DNA from: Nitrospirota bacterium
GTDB taxonomy: Bacteria > Nitrospirota > Thermodesulfovibrionia > Thermodesulfovibrionales > Dissulfurispiraceae
Assembly (NCBI GenBank): GCA_040754455.1
Contig: JBFMCP010000005.1
Location: 32,001 to 96,000, forward strand
Direction of reading: 5' to 3'
DNA: 64,000 nucleotides
In this document: positions 48,886 to 58,353 of the stretch, one piece after another
Layout: the number at the start of each line of letters is the position of its first letter
Position numbering within the stretch: the first letter of the stretch is position 1
Notes under the pieces: generated by a model
Databases searched by the model: none
Told to the model about the DNA's origin: nothing
What the model saw: the letters and a program-made list of their open reading frames with translations, nothing else
Program-made: the position numbers and the translations under genes

Positions 48886-49857
48886 TTACACCGGCTTGAT
48901 GCAACGCGCCGTTTCCTGCAAGAGCTTCGTAACGTCGAATTTCACCAGGTAGCCCTCGGCGCCGACGCTCTTCGCCTTCTCCTTGTTTTCCTCGCCGCTG
49001 AGTGAGGTGTTGATGATGATCGGTATTGTCTGCAGCTTGGGATTGTTCTTTACATTCTTGGTAAAGGTGAGCCCGTCCATCTCGGGCATCTCCACATCGG
49101 AGATGATCAGCTGCACAAAGCTGGTAATGGGCTGGTCGCCGATCTTCGGGAGGAAATCATTGAGGATATCCAATGCCTGCTTACCGTCCTGCGCCTCGAT
49201 GACATGGAGCCCTGCGTTTTCGAGGGTATCTTTGAGAATTCTTCTGGCGACGCCGGAATCATCGGCGATCAGTACGGTGCCCTTCAGCCTCTTCTTCTCG
49301 ACCTTCTCTATTTCTTCGAGCGCTATTTCGTGCTTCGGTACAAAGCCGCCCATCTCCGAAATAATGCTTTCGAGGTCGAGAATAAGCAGCAGCGATTCGG
49401 AATCCTCGTCGAGCTTTGTTACGCCGGTAATCCTGCCGCTGTGCTTTGCCTGGAGCATGGAGGGCGGGGGCTTTATCTGATCCCACTTGACGCGCCGTAT
49501 CCGCTCCACGTCATGGACGATCATGCCGACCGTATTGCCGAACATTTCAAGGACGATCACCTTGAGCCGTATATCCATAGAGGAAGGAGGGTTTATCTGC
49601 ATCCATTTGCCGAGGTCAACAACCGGGATCACCTCGCCGCGCACCTCGGCAAGGGCCTCGGCATAGGCGGGCATATCAGGCACTTTGGTAAGGGTTGGCA
49701 TAGGGATGATCTCCCTTACTTTTGCCACGTTCACTCCATAATCAAGGACTTCCTGGGTGCCGTCAGGATGGGTACCGTACATCCTGAAGACTACGAGCTC
49801 CATTTCATTGGTCCCGACTTTCAAGACTTCCGGCAAAGCACCTGCGTTCTGAGCCAT
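48886..49857 (-). CDS. cheV: CheV (CheW plus receiver)
   Basis: GTNEMEL, YGVNVAKVREI, RGEVIPVVDL; REC with ADDS and SDVEMPEMDG. Confidence 0.93.
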   Translation of the reverse strand: MAQNAGALPEVLKVGTNEMELVVFRMYGTHPDGTQEVLDYGVNVAKVREIIPMPTLTKVPDMPAYAEALAEVRGEVIPVVDLGKWMQINPPSSMDIRLKVIVLEMFGNTVGMIVHDVERIRRVKWDQIKPPPSMLQAKHSGRITGVTKLDEDSESLLLILDLESIISEMGGFVPKHEIALEEIEKVEKKRLKGTVLIADDSGVARRILKDTLENAGLHVIEAQDGKQALDILNDFLPKIGDQPITSFVQLIISDVEMPEMDGLTFTKNVKNNPKLQTIPIIINTSLSGEENKEKAKSVGAEGYLVKFDVTKLLQETARCIKPV

Positions 49858-49967
49858 GTTGCCTCCATTATGCTTACTTTTCAAAAGATTTTGACCGGCT
49901 GCCCGTATATGTATATATGTATAATCGGGTTTTTGCATGAAAATCTTGAATTGATTTATAATGTGCT

Positions 49968-50468
49968 ATGGCAAAAATGAAAAACAGAGCAACTACTCAG
50001 GAAAACACCGCCCCGTCCTGCGACTGGAGACGTCCGACAAAAAGAGCGGTAGACGGTAACAAGAACCGCCTTTGCAAGCACAAAGGGGCATTCACCTGGA
50101 GCGGCGTCAAAACCGATCGTTACAAGCAGAAAGAGGGGGGGTGGTCATCAATCGTAAGAAATGTGCTTATCGGCGAAAACGGAGAGACCGCCCGATTCCA
50201 TCTGCGCTATTTCGAGATTGCGCCAGGCGGCTTCAGCAGCCTTGAACAGCACCGCCACGAGCACGTCGTGGTATGCATACGCGGCAAGGGAAAAATCAGA
50301 ATGGGGCGAAAGGTACATACCATCAATTACCTCGACACCGCCTATGTAGCGCCCGACACGGTCCACCAGTTAACAAATCCCTACGACGAGCCGTTCGGCT
50401 TTTTCTGCATCGTGAATGCAAAACGGGACAGGCCGAAGCTGGTTAAAGCCGCATCAAAAAGAAAATAG
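49968..50468 (+). CDS. Cupin, resembling MTXu-5P methylsulfurylase-type cupins
   Basis: W.GV...YK, LRYFEIAPGGFSSLEQHRHEH, HQ and PFGFFCIVNAKRDRP. Confidence 0.75.
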   Translation: MAKMKNRATTQENTAPSCDWRRPTKRAVDGNKNRLCKHKGAFTWSGVKTDRYKQKEGGWSSIVRNVLIGENGETARFHLRYFEIAPGGFSSLEQHRHEHVVVCIRGKGKIRMGRKVHTINYLDTAYVAPDTVHQLTNPYDEPFGFFCIVNAKRDRPKLVKAASKRK

Positions 50469-50513
50469 CCCATCGCACCCATATCGCAGCACCATACGCA
50501 TAAACAATCCTTA

Positions 50514-51818
50514 TCACTTTACCAGGTTCGACAATACCAGCACCGTCCAGTACGGCGAGATCATGAGGATGGCAATAGCAATAAGATACGAAGGAATATA
50601 ATAGAAGCCTCCCTTGAAGACCGTGGCAAGAGGAATGTCCGCCATGCCGGCGACGACATAGCAACATATGCCGATCGGCGGCATGATCGAGCCCATGGTC
50701 GTCACAATCGTGATCACTTGGCCGAACCAGACCGGATCGTATCCCATCTGTATCACCAGGGGATAGAAAATCGGCAGCGAGATGAGCAGAAACGCAAGGG
50801 CATCCATAACGCACCCGCCGATAATATAAAAGAACAGGATGACCCAGAGCACCACCCATTTCGGCAGGGCGAGGGCACCGATCCACGCCGCTGCCTCGAA
50901 GGGCAGTCTCGTCAGCGTGAGAAAACGACCGAAGATGACCGCGCCGGCAACGATCATAAAGACCATACAGGAAATTCGTAGGGTATCGACAATCGAGGAC
51001 TTAAACCCTTTCCACGAGAGCTTGCCCCGTGCAACACAGATGATGAGGGCAAGGGTGCAGCTCGCTGCTGCTGCCTCGGTCGCTGTCACCACGCCGGTAA
51101 AAAGCGCGATCATGATAATGGCGAACAAAACAAGAATATCCAGAGCTTCAGGGAGCGCCTGCAACCGCTCTTTCCATGAGCTCCTCGGTCCCTTGGGCCC
51201 CCAATCAGGATGACGATAGCAAACGAAGAATACTGTCGCAGCAATTAAGACGGTAAGAATCGCACTGGGAATAACATTTCCGTAAAAGAGCTTGCCTATG
51301 GACTGTCCGGTATAGAGGCCGTACACCACAAGCACAATGCTCGGGGGAATAAGAACACCAAGCGTTGCTCCGGCGGCGACAGCCCCGGCATTGAGGGTGG
51401 GATGATAGTTGTACTTTTTCATTGCTGGGATCGCCACGGCACTCATGGTTGCGGCAGTCGCCGTATTGGAGCCGCTGATGGCGGAAAAGGCAGCGGACGC
51501 CATGATCGTCGTAATGGCGAGGCCGCCGCGATAGTGGCCGAACCACCGGTAGGTTGCATAGTACAAACTGTTGTTGTACCCTGCGTAATGAACAAACTCA
51601 CCGACGAGAATAAAAAGCGGAATAACAGTGAGGCCGTAATTGGAAAAAATATTCCAGAGTTCCGAGCCGATCAGGCCGAAGGCGGCTTGCCATGAGGTAA
51701 CGTACGCAATTCCGGCGAAGCCTACCAGCGCCATGGTAAAGGCCGCCGGTATCCTGAGCAGGAACAGGACGGCAAACATGATGACAATGCCCCAGATGCC
51801 GACGAGAGGACCGCTCAC
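50514..51818 (-). CDS. dctM: TRAP transporter large permease
   Basis: IPLFIL, AISGS, GVLIPPSI and TATEAAA; ~12 TM. Confidence 0.93.
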   Translation of the reverse strand: MSGPLVGIWGIVIMFAVLFLLRIPAAFTMALVGFAGIAYVTSWQAAFGLIGSELWNIFSNYGLTVIPLFILVGEFVHYAGYNNSLYYATYRWFGHYRGGLAITTIMASAAFSAISGSNTATAATMSAVAIPAMKKYNYHPTLNAGAVAAGATLGVLIPPSIVLVVYGLYTGQSIGKLFYGNVIPSAILTVLIAATVFFVCYRHPDWGPKGPRSSWKERLQALPEALDILVLFAIIMIALFTGVVTATEAAAASCTLALIICVARGKLSWKGFKSSIVDTLRISCMVFMIVAGAVIFGRFLTLTRLPFEAAAWIGALALPKWVVLWVILFFYIIGGCVMDALAFLLISLPIFYPLVIQMGYDPVWFGQVITIVTTMGSIMPPIGICCYVVAGMADIPLATVFKGGFYYIPSYLIAIAILMISPYWTVLVLSNLVK

Positions 51819-52309
51819 TGGTGCTCTCCCTCGTTCCTCTGGAAGGTCTTCAGGAAATCGACGACAAGCGTAAAGGTCTGCACGGCAAACCCGAGGGCAA
51901 CGCAGAAGATAAAGGGATAGAAGACAATCTGCAGCGTCTCGGAGAGCTCGCCTGCTTCCCTGATCTTCTGCCCCCAGCGGTATACCTGCCAGGTGATGAC
52001 AGCGAAGAGGACTGCGGTAATGAAATAGTTGAAGCGGTCGAGGGCCTTCTTCACCGGCGGGGGAAACTTATCCGTCAGGATATCGACGACAATATGGTCC
52101 TTCTTTTCCTGGGTAAACCCGAGCGCAAAAGCGGTAACGAGCGCGCCGAGAAAGGCGACGACTTCATACGTCCCTCTGAAAGGTGCATGGAAAATCCTGG
52201 AGAGCACGTTTCCCGTAGCAAGAAAGGTGAGGCACAACAGCGCTGCCCCGCCCAGAACTATCAGGAGTCTGTTGAGATATTTGCTTATTTTTTCGAGGAG
52301 TAAAAGCAT
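51815..52309 (-). CDS. dctQ: TRAP transporter small permease
   Basis: 4 TM, HIVVDIL; lies between dctP and dctM. Confidence 0.9.
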   Translation of the reverse strand: MLLLLEKISKYLNRLLIVLGGAALLCLTFLATGNVLSRIFHAPFRGTYEVVAFLGALVTAFALGFTQEKKDHIVVDILTDKFPPPVKKALDRFNYFITAVLFAVITWQVYRWGQKIREAGELSETLQIVFYPFIFCVALGFAVQTFTLVVDFLKTFQRNEGEHQ

Positions 52310-52418
52310 TCTTTGTAAATTTGCACCATTCTTATTGACAATCGAGGGAATAGAAAAGCCAGCAGTCGAAATGAATAATATCTTTTATTCTGACTTCCGG
52401 CTCCTGAATTCTGACTTT

Positions 52419-53453
52419 TTATTTGTGCTGCTTCTCGTATTTCTTCTTCAGCAGATTCACGTCTTTGACGATCTGATCTCCGGGCAACCCGAGGGCGTTC
52501 ACCTTCTTGATGTATTCACCGACCATCGGGTGCAGCAGCTTCTGAATCTCGGCCCTGTCTTTTGCCGGCAGCTGGATCACCTGGTGCTTGTATTCCTTCC
52601 TTGACCACTCGAGCGCCTCTTTTACATGTTTGTCGACATAATCGCCGGTCCAGAGCGCCTGCTCTTTCCTCAGGTCATCGATGACTTTTTTGACATCAGC
52701 GGGGAGGCTGTTCCACTTCTCCTTGTTCATTACGACTGCAAAAGAGACGACAGGAAGCTCTGCAATAGTTGCATACGGGGTATAGGCCGCAAATTTGAAG
52801 TCCTGCAGTATTTCGAGCGATGAGAGCATGCCTTTCACGACACCTTTCTGCAGCGCTTCGGGCACCTCTGATTGCGGCATGGCCACCGGGATGCCGCCGA
52901 GGCGTTTCACTACCTCTGCTCCCGTAGCCGCTGCACGCACCTCCATTCCCTTCAAATCAGCCAGTGATTTCACCGGCGTTTTGGTCATGAGATTGGTCGG
53001 CGGGCAGGTAAACAGCGTAATGATTTTAACCTTCTCGAATTCCTTCGGATTATATTTCTCGATGAGATCATAAAGCACAAGGCTCGCAACCTTTGCACTC
53101 TTGAAGCCGACCGGAAGATCGACCGCCTCGGATACGGGGAAGCGGCCCGGCTGATAGCTCATCGCAAAGTTACCGATATCGGCTGCCCCGGAAATGACGC
53201 CGTCGAAAATGTTCTTTGCCGGGAGCAGCGTGCCGCCGGGGAATGTCTGGACCTTCACTTTCCCCTTTGTCCGCTTCTCCACCTCTTTGGCCCAGCGTTC
53301 CATCTGCACGCTCGGAAAGGTCGATGCAGGAGGGAAATTGGCATACGTAAGGGTTATGACCTGCTCCGCCGATGATGTCACCGGCGCCATAAGGAGAGCA
53401 CCCAGAAGAGACATCAGTGCCGTAGCAACCACTGCAGCTTTCTTGATATCCAT
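52419..53453 (-). CDS. dctP: TRAP transporter substrate-binding protein
   Basis: Signal peptide; FPGGTL, YQPGRFP, DLKGMEVR and ALQKGVV. Confidence 0.92.
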   Translation of the reverse strand: MDIKKAAVVATALMSLLGALLMAPVTSSAEQVITLTYANFPPASTFPSVQMERWAKEVEKRTKGKVKVQTFPGGTLLPAKNIFDGVISGAADIGNFAMSYQPGRFPVSEAVDLPVGFKSAKVASLVLYDLIEKYNPKEFEKVKIITLFTCPPTNLMTKTPVKSLADLKGMEVRAAATGAEVVKRLGGIPVAMPQSEVPEALQKGVVKGMLSSLEILQDFKFAAYTPYATIAELPVVSFAVVMNKEKWNSLPADVKKVIDDLRKEQALWTGDYVDKHVKEALEWSRKEYKHQVIQLPAKDRAEIQKLLHPMVGEYIKKVNALGLPGDQIVKDVNLLKKKYEKQHK

Positions 53454-53699
53454 ACACTACCTCCCTGTTTGTTTACTGGTAAGTTTTTTTTGCAAAAGCA
53501 GCGCGTTATCATATCATGTTTGCATGCCTTTTGCCCACCTCACAGGCGCTGAAGTGATGATTTCATCAGCCTGCGCTCCCACATTGAAGGTGTTTGCTTG
53601 ACAAGCTTTCTTAAAGGAACGTAGTATAAAAGCTCATCCCATGTACTGCATTTTGCGTGGCAAAAACGTAAACTATCCTTATTTCGGAGCGTTTCTGGA

Positions 53700-55517
53700 G
53701 TGAATAACCGCATTCTGATGATGGGCAACGAGGCGATTGCGCGGGGACTCGTCGAGGAAGGCTGCTCCCTTGCAACATCCTATCCGGGCACACCTGCCTC
53801 CGAGATACTCCCCGGTATCGCAAAATGGAAAAGCGAGCTCTCCCTCCCGCTCCATGTCCAGTGGGCGGTCAATGAAAAGATCGCCTTCGAAATCGCCTAT
53901 GCAGGGAGCATCGCCGGGCTCCGCACCGCCGTAAGCATGAAGCAGGTCGGGCTCAGTGTCGCATCGGACCCGCTCATGAGCGCTGCCTACATGGGCGTAA
54001 AAGGCGGATTCATCATTATTAGCGCCGATGACCCGGGGCCCCACTCATCGCAGACGGAGCAGGACAGCCGTCTGATGGCGATGTTTGCCAAAGTCCCGGT
54101 GCTCGATCCCTCAACTCCCCGGGAGGCAAAAGAATGCATCGCGCTCGCCTATGAGCTCTCCGAAGCGTTCGAGATACCGGTTCTGCTGCGCCCTACCACA
54201 CGGGTCTGCCATGCATCGCAGGATATAGCCCTGGGAGAAATTCATACCATCAATCGGGAGCGCGGCTTTCAAAAGGAACCTGCCCGCTGGGCGGCAACAC
54301 CGAAATTCCGCTACCTGCTGCATCGCGCCCTGAATGACAAGCTCGCCGCCATAGCCGGCTGGCAGAAGACCGCCCCGAGACTGCTCAACCCGGACGTAAC
54401 ATCGACAAAAGCAATCGTCACCAGCGGTGTCGCAGCAGCGCATACCAGGGATATCATGGGTGACCTCGAGCTCTGGGAAAAGGTTGCCGTATACCAGGTC
54501 ATTCAGCCCTATCCGCTCCATACCGGATTCATCAGCATGCTCCTCAAAACGTATAATGAAATTCTCGTACTGGAGGAAACAACAGGCGTCATCGAAATGC
54601 AACTCGCACGCCGTGACAAAATCCGCGGCAAGATGGCCAGTGCGGTGCCTGAGGCAGGAGAACTGCTGCCGGAGGTTATCGAACAGCTCATCGCTGATTT
54701 TGCGCAGGTCACACGCCGACCGCTCCCGGCACCGCCGGCCGTTCCCGGGAGAAGACCGAGCCTCTGTCCGGGATGTCCCCACCGGGCGAGCTTTTTCGCC
54801 ATTAAAAAGGCGATACCGCACAGCACGAGCATTTATGCAAGCGATATCGGGTGCTATACGCTCGGGCTGAACCTCGGCGCTATCGATACCTTCCTCTGCA
54901 TGGGGGCATCGATCAGCGAGGCTGCAGGCTTCTACCACGCCTATCGTCAGATGAACAAGGAAACCAATATCGTCGCGACCATTGGAGATTCGACTTTTTT
55001 CCATGCAGGCATTCCGGCACTGGTCGATGCGGTTGTGCAGGATGCCCGTTTTGTCCTTGTCATTCTCGACAATTCGACCACTGCCATGACCGGGAACCAG
55101 CCGACTCCCGCAACAGGGGTTGGTGCATGCGGCGATGCAACGAGCAAGGTTGCGATCGAAGATATCGTCAAGAGTTGCGGAGTGACGTTCTGCGAGATAG
55201 GCAATCCTTATCTCCTGCCTGAGTTCACCGACCTTCTCAAGAAGGCGAACAAGCACAGCACAACAGAAGGGCTTGCGGTGGTCATTGCGCGTTATCCCTG
55301 CCTGGTCGATAAACGGAGCAAAGGCAGCCGATTACCCGGCGCTCCCATAACCATTTCCGAAGAGTGTGACGGCTGCAGGTACTGCGTCAAGGAATTCGAG
55401 TGCCCTGCCCTTGAATTTGATGAGCAGACGAAGAAGACCCATGTTAATACATTGCTGTGCACCGGGTGCGGCATCTGCATCCATGTCTGTCCCAAAAAAG
55501 CAATCGGGAAAGGATAA
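53700..55517 (+). CDS. iorA: Indolepyruvate:ferredoxin oxidoreductase alpha subunit
   Basis: MGNEAIARG, YPGTPASEI, DDPGPHSSQTEQDSR, LCPGCPHR, IGDSTFFH and C-terminal ferredoxin. Confidence 0.93.
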   Translation: MNNRILMMGNEAIARGLVEEGCSLATSYPGTPASEILPGIAKWKSELSLPLHVQWAVNEKIAFEIAYAGSIAGLRTAVSMKQVGLSVASDPLMSAAYMGVKGGFIIISADDPGPHSSQTEQDSRLMAMFAKVPVLDPSTPREAKECIALAYELSEAFEIPVLLRPTTRVCHASQDIALGEIHTINRERGFQKEPARWAATPKFRYLLHRALNDKLAAIAGWQKTAPRLLNPDVTSTKAIVTSGVAAAHTRDIMGDLELWEKVAVYQVIQPYPLHTGFISMLLKTYNEILVLEETTGVIEMQLARRDKIRGKMASAVPEAGELLPEVIEQLIADFAQVTRRPLPAPPAVPGRRPSLCPGCPHRASFFAIKKAIPHSTSIYASDIGCYTLGLNLGAIDTFLCMGASISEAAGFYHAYRQMNKETNIVATIGDSTFFHAGIPALVDAVVQDARFVLVILDNSTTAMTGNQPTPATGVGACGDATSKVAIEDIVKSCGVTFCEIGNPYLLPEFTDLLKKANKHSTTEGLAVVIARYPCLVDKRSKGSRLPGAPITISEECDGCRYCVKEFECPALEFDEQTKKTHVNTLLCTGCGICIHVCPKKAIGKG

Positions 55518-55597
55518 CAACAGTGCCAATGCCAGTTGACAACAGAACAGAGCAATATCCCCTTTTAAACTGACACTAACCACTGACACTGATACTA
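55517..55597. repeat. Hairpin cassette of degenerate hexamer repeats
   Basis: cagtgccaatgccagttg ... actgacactaaccactgacactgatact. Confidence 0.55.
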
Positions 55598-55601
55598 AAA
55601 G

Positions 55602-56150
55602 ATGAGACAACAAATATTATTGAGCGGCGTCGGGGGACAGGGAATCCTCTTCATTACCCGCCTGCTCGCAGAGGCAGCCATCTACAAAGGTTTTCCTGTG
55701 TTGACTTCTGAAACGCACGGTATGGCCCAGCGCGGCGGCACCGTGCTGTCCCATTTGAAGGTGGGACCTTTCACCAGTCCTTTGATCCGCCCCGGCCAGG
55801 CTGACGGCCTGATCCTCTTGAAGGCGGAAAACCTCGCCCGGCACCGGTTCTTTCTGAAGCCGGGAGGATGGATTGTGGTAAATGCACCGTCCCGCCCCGA
55901 AGGCGCTGAAGATATTTACTGGATCGATGCCGATACACTTGCGGAACAGACCGGCAATCATCAATCGGTCAATCTGATTGTGCTTGGATGCGCTCTTTCC
56001 CGCGTCGAGCAACAGTCGAAGGGACAGCACTCTTTGTTTTATTCTCTCAACGATGTCACTGCTGTCCTGCGTCAGCGCCTGGCGCAACGAGAAAGGCTCC
56101 TCAACAACGCCCTCCATGCCCTCACGCTGGGGGCCGAAGAGGGGAAATAA
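55602..56150 (+). CDS. iorB: Indolepyruvate:ferredoxin oxidoreductase beta subunit
   Basis: GVGGQGIL and SETHGMAQRGG. Confidence 0.92.
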   Translation: MRQQILLSGVGGQGILFITRLLAEAAIYKGFPVLTSETHGMAQRGGTVLSHLKVGPFTSPLIRPGQADGLILLKAENLARHRFFLKPGGWIVVNAPSRPEGAEDIYWIDADTLAEQTGNHQSVNLIVLGCALSRVEQQSKGQHSLFYSLNDVTAVLRQRLAQRERLLNNALHALTLGAEEGK

Positions 56151-56177
56151 TTTGACCATACACGGAGGAGAAGGCAC

Positions 56178-57470
56178 GTGTTAAAGAGGTTTCCGGCGAA
56201 ATTCAAAACACCTGACGAATTACGGGAACACCAGACCAGGGGATTGCGGTGGACCGTAACGCATGCGTATGCACGTTCTACCTTCTACCGGAAGAGAATG
56301 GAAGCGGCGGGTATAACACCTGATGACATCAGGACATTGGATGACCTCGAGAAGCTGCCCTTCACCACTGCCGACGACCTGAGAAACGACTATCCTTTTC
56401 CTTTGCGGGCTGTCGAGTACCATAATATTGTAAGAATCCACTCCTCTTCCGGCACCACGGGAAAGCGAAAAATCCTCTGCTATACGCAGAAGGATATCGA
56501 AGATTGGGCCTACATGTTCGGCAGGTGCTACGAGCTGGCCGGCGTCACGAGAGAAGATAGGGTCCAGATATGCGTCGGCTATGGTCTGTGGACCGCAGGG
56601 GTCGGGTTCCAGCTGGGATGCGAGCGGTTCGGCGCCATGGCAATCCCCATCGGTCCGGGCAATATGGATATGCAGTGCACCTTTCTCCTCGACCTGCAGC
56701 CCACGGTCGTCTGCTCGACGGCGTCCATGGCGCTCCTCCTCGCTGAGGAAGTTCACAGGCGAGGAATACAGGATCGGCTCAAGTTGAAAAAGGTCATCTG
56801 CGGCGCAGAACGGACGAGCAGTGCAATGGTCAAAAAGATAAAAGAGCTCCTGGGCATTGAGGAGCTCTACGATATCTCCGGCCTCACCGAGCTCTACGGT
56901 CCCGGGACCGGCCTCAGCTGCAGACATGAGAACGGCATCCACTATTGGGCCGACTTCTATATTCTCGAGGTGCTCGATCAGGAGACCCTGAAGCCGGTGA
57001 AACCCGGCGAAACAGGAGAGATGGTCTTTACAACGCTGACCAAAGAGGGCGCCCCGCTCATCAGGTACCGCTCACGTGACCTCACAAAAGTGATCGAAGG
57101 CGACTGCCCTTGCGGCTGCATCCTTCCCCGCCACGACAGGATCCTCGGCCGGTCAGACGACATGTTCATCATCAGGGGGGTAAATGTCTACCCCGGCCAG
57201 ATCGACGCCGTGCTCTCGGAGGTGCAGGGAATAGGAAGCGAATACCAGGTCATCCTCGAGCACGGCAGCGACGGAAAGGACTATATGACCCTGAAAGTAG
57301 AACGGGCAGAGGGCGTCCATGGGAGTGCCGATAAAAACCTCTGCGACCTCGTTGCCCGGGAAATAAAGCATGATCTCATGGTCTCGTGCAAAGTCGAAGT
57401 CGTGGAGTACGGCAGCCTCCCGAGGACCGAACGAAAAACAAAACGGGTGTTCGACAACAGGATCTTCTAA
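56178..57470 (+). CDS. paaK: Phenylacetate-CoA ligase
   Basis: HSSSGTTGK, GYGLWTAG, GLTELYGPG, PLIRYR and GRSDDMFIIRGVNVYP. Confidence 0.9.
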   Translation: MLKRFPAKFKTPDELREHQTRGLRWTVTHAYARSTFYRKRMEAAGITPDDIRTLDDLEKLPFTTADDLRNDYPFPLRAVEYHNIVRIHSSSGTTGKRKILCYTQKDIEDWAYMFGRCYELAGVTREDRVQICVGYGLWTAGVGFQLGCERFGAMAIPIGPGNMDMQCTFLLDLQPTVVCSTASMALLLAEEVHRRGIQDRLKLKKVICGAERTSSAMVKKIKELLGIEELYDISGLTELYGPGTGLSCRHENGIHYWADFYILEVLDQETLKPVKPGETGEMVFTTLTKEGAPLIRYRSRDLTKVIEGDCPCGCILPRHDRILGRSDDMFIIRGVNVYPGQIDAVLSEVQGIGSEYQVILEHGSDGKDYMTLKVERAEGVHGSADKNLCDLVAREIKHDLMVSCKVEVVEYGSLPRTERKTKRVFDNRIF

Positions 57471-57482
57471 CCCGGCCACACA

Positions 57483-58217
57483 CTAATCTTCGATCTTCAG
57501 TATCTTTTCGGAAGGAAGACCGTCGACCAGTTGCCGAAAGGCGGATTCCAGCTGCGCCTCATTGTACGACTCCATGGTGATCATCACTGAATAGTCCTTT
57601 CTGTCGACCACAGGATAGGAGCCTATCTTCACCTCCTGATGGCACTTGACGATTTCATTGAGGAGCGGTGCGATTTTCGTCTCGTATTCCGCCACATAAA
57701 TCCTCTTGAAGAGCGGCGGCTTTTCGCTGAACAGCAGTTTCGAAATAACGGAGAATTTTCCTTCGAGATATGTTGGGATGCCGGGGAGAATGTAAATATT
57801 CCTGAACCGTATAAGCGGAAGTCCGATGGATTCGTCCTTTATGACGCTCGCTCCTTCCGGTATTTCCGCCATTCGCAGCTGAGCAGGAGTAAGATCGCTG
57901 CCGTAATGCTTTTCGAGGAACGCCCGCAGATCCCTGTCGATGACAACCGGCACCCCGAATGCCCGGGCAATCCCCTCTATCGTGACATCATCATGCGTCG
58001 GACCGATGCCGCCGGAGGTAAAGACATAATCAAACTTATCTGAAAACGCCTTTGCTTCCTGAGCAATCTCATCGACCTCATCTCTGATCACCGAGATACG
58101 GCGGACCTCGATTCCCATCTGCCGCAGCGCGCGCACCATAAAGAGTGAATTGGTGTCCTGCACCATTCCCGACAGGATCTCATCGCCGATAATGATAATA
58201 CCCGCTGTCTGCCTCAT
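57483..58217 (-). CDS. CinA-like molybdopterin-binding domain protein
   Basis: IIIGDEILSG, TSGGIGPTHDDVT, ILPGIP and IGSYP. Confidence 0.85.
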   Translation of the reverse strand: MRQTAGIIIIGDEILSGMVQDTNSLFMVRALRQMGIEVRRISVIRDEVDEIAQEAKAFSDKFDYVFTSGGIGPTHDDVTIEGIARAFGVPVVIDRDLRAFLEKHYGSDLTPAQLRMAEIPEGASVIKDESIGLPLIRFRNIYILPGIPTYLEGKFSVISKLLFSEKPPLFKRIYVAEYETKIAPLLNEIVKCHQEVKIGSYPVVDRKDYSVMITMESYNEAQLESAFRQLVDGLPSEKILKIED

Positions 58218-58353
58218 AGATCATCTCCCTATCCGGGAGATTTTATCATACAGAAGGGAGTAATTGGTGGTATGGAGAATAAAAAAGCGAGACCATCACC
58301 GGACAGTCCCGCTCGGAAACAAAATAAAAACTATCAAGACGCGTACGTCCAAA

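Noticed and set aside
48886..49857. Orphan cheV
   Set aside because: cheV genes commonly lie outside che operons.
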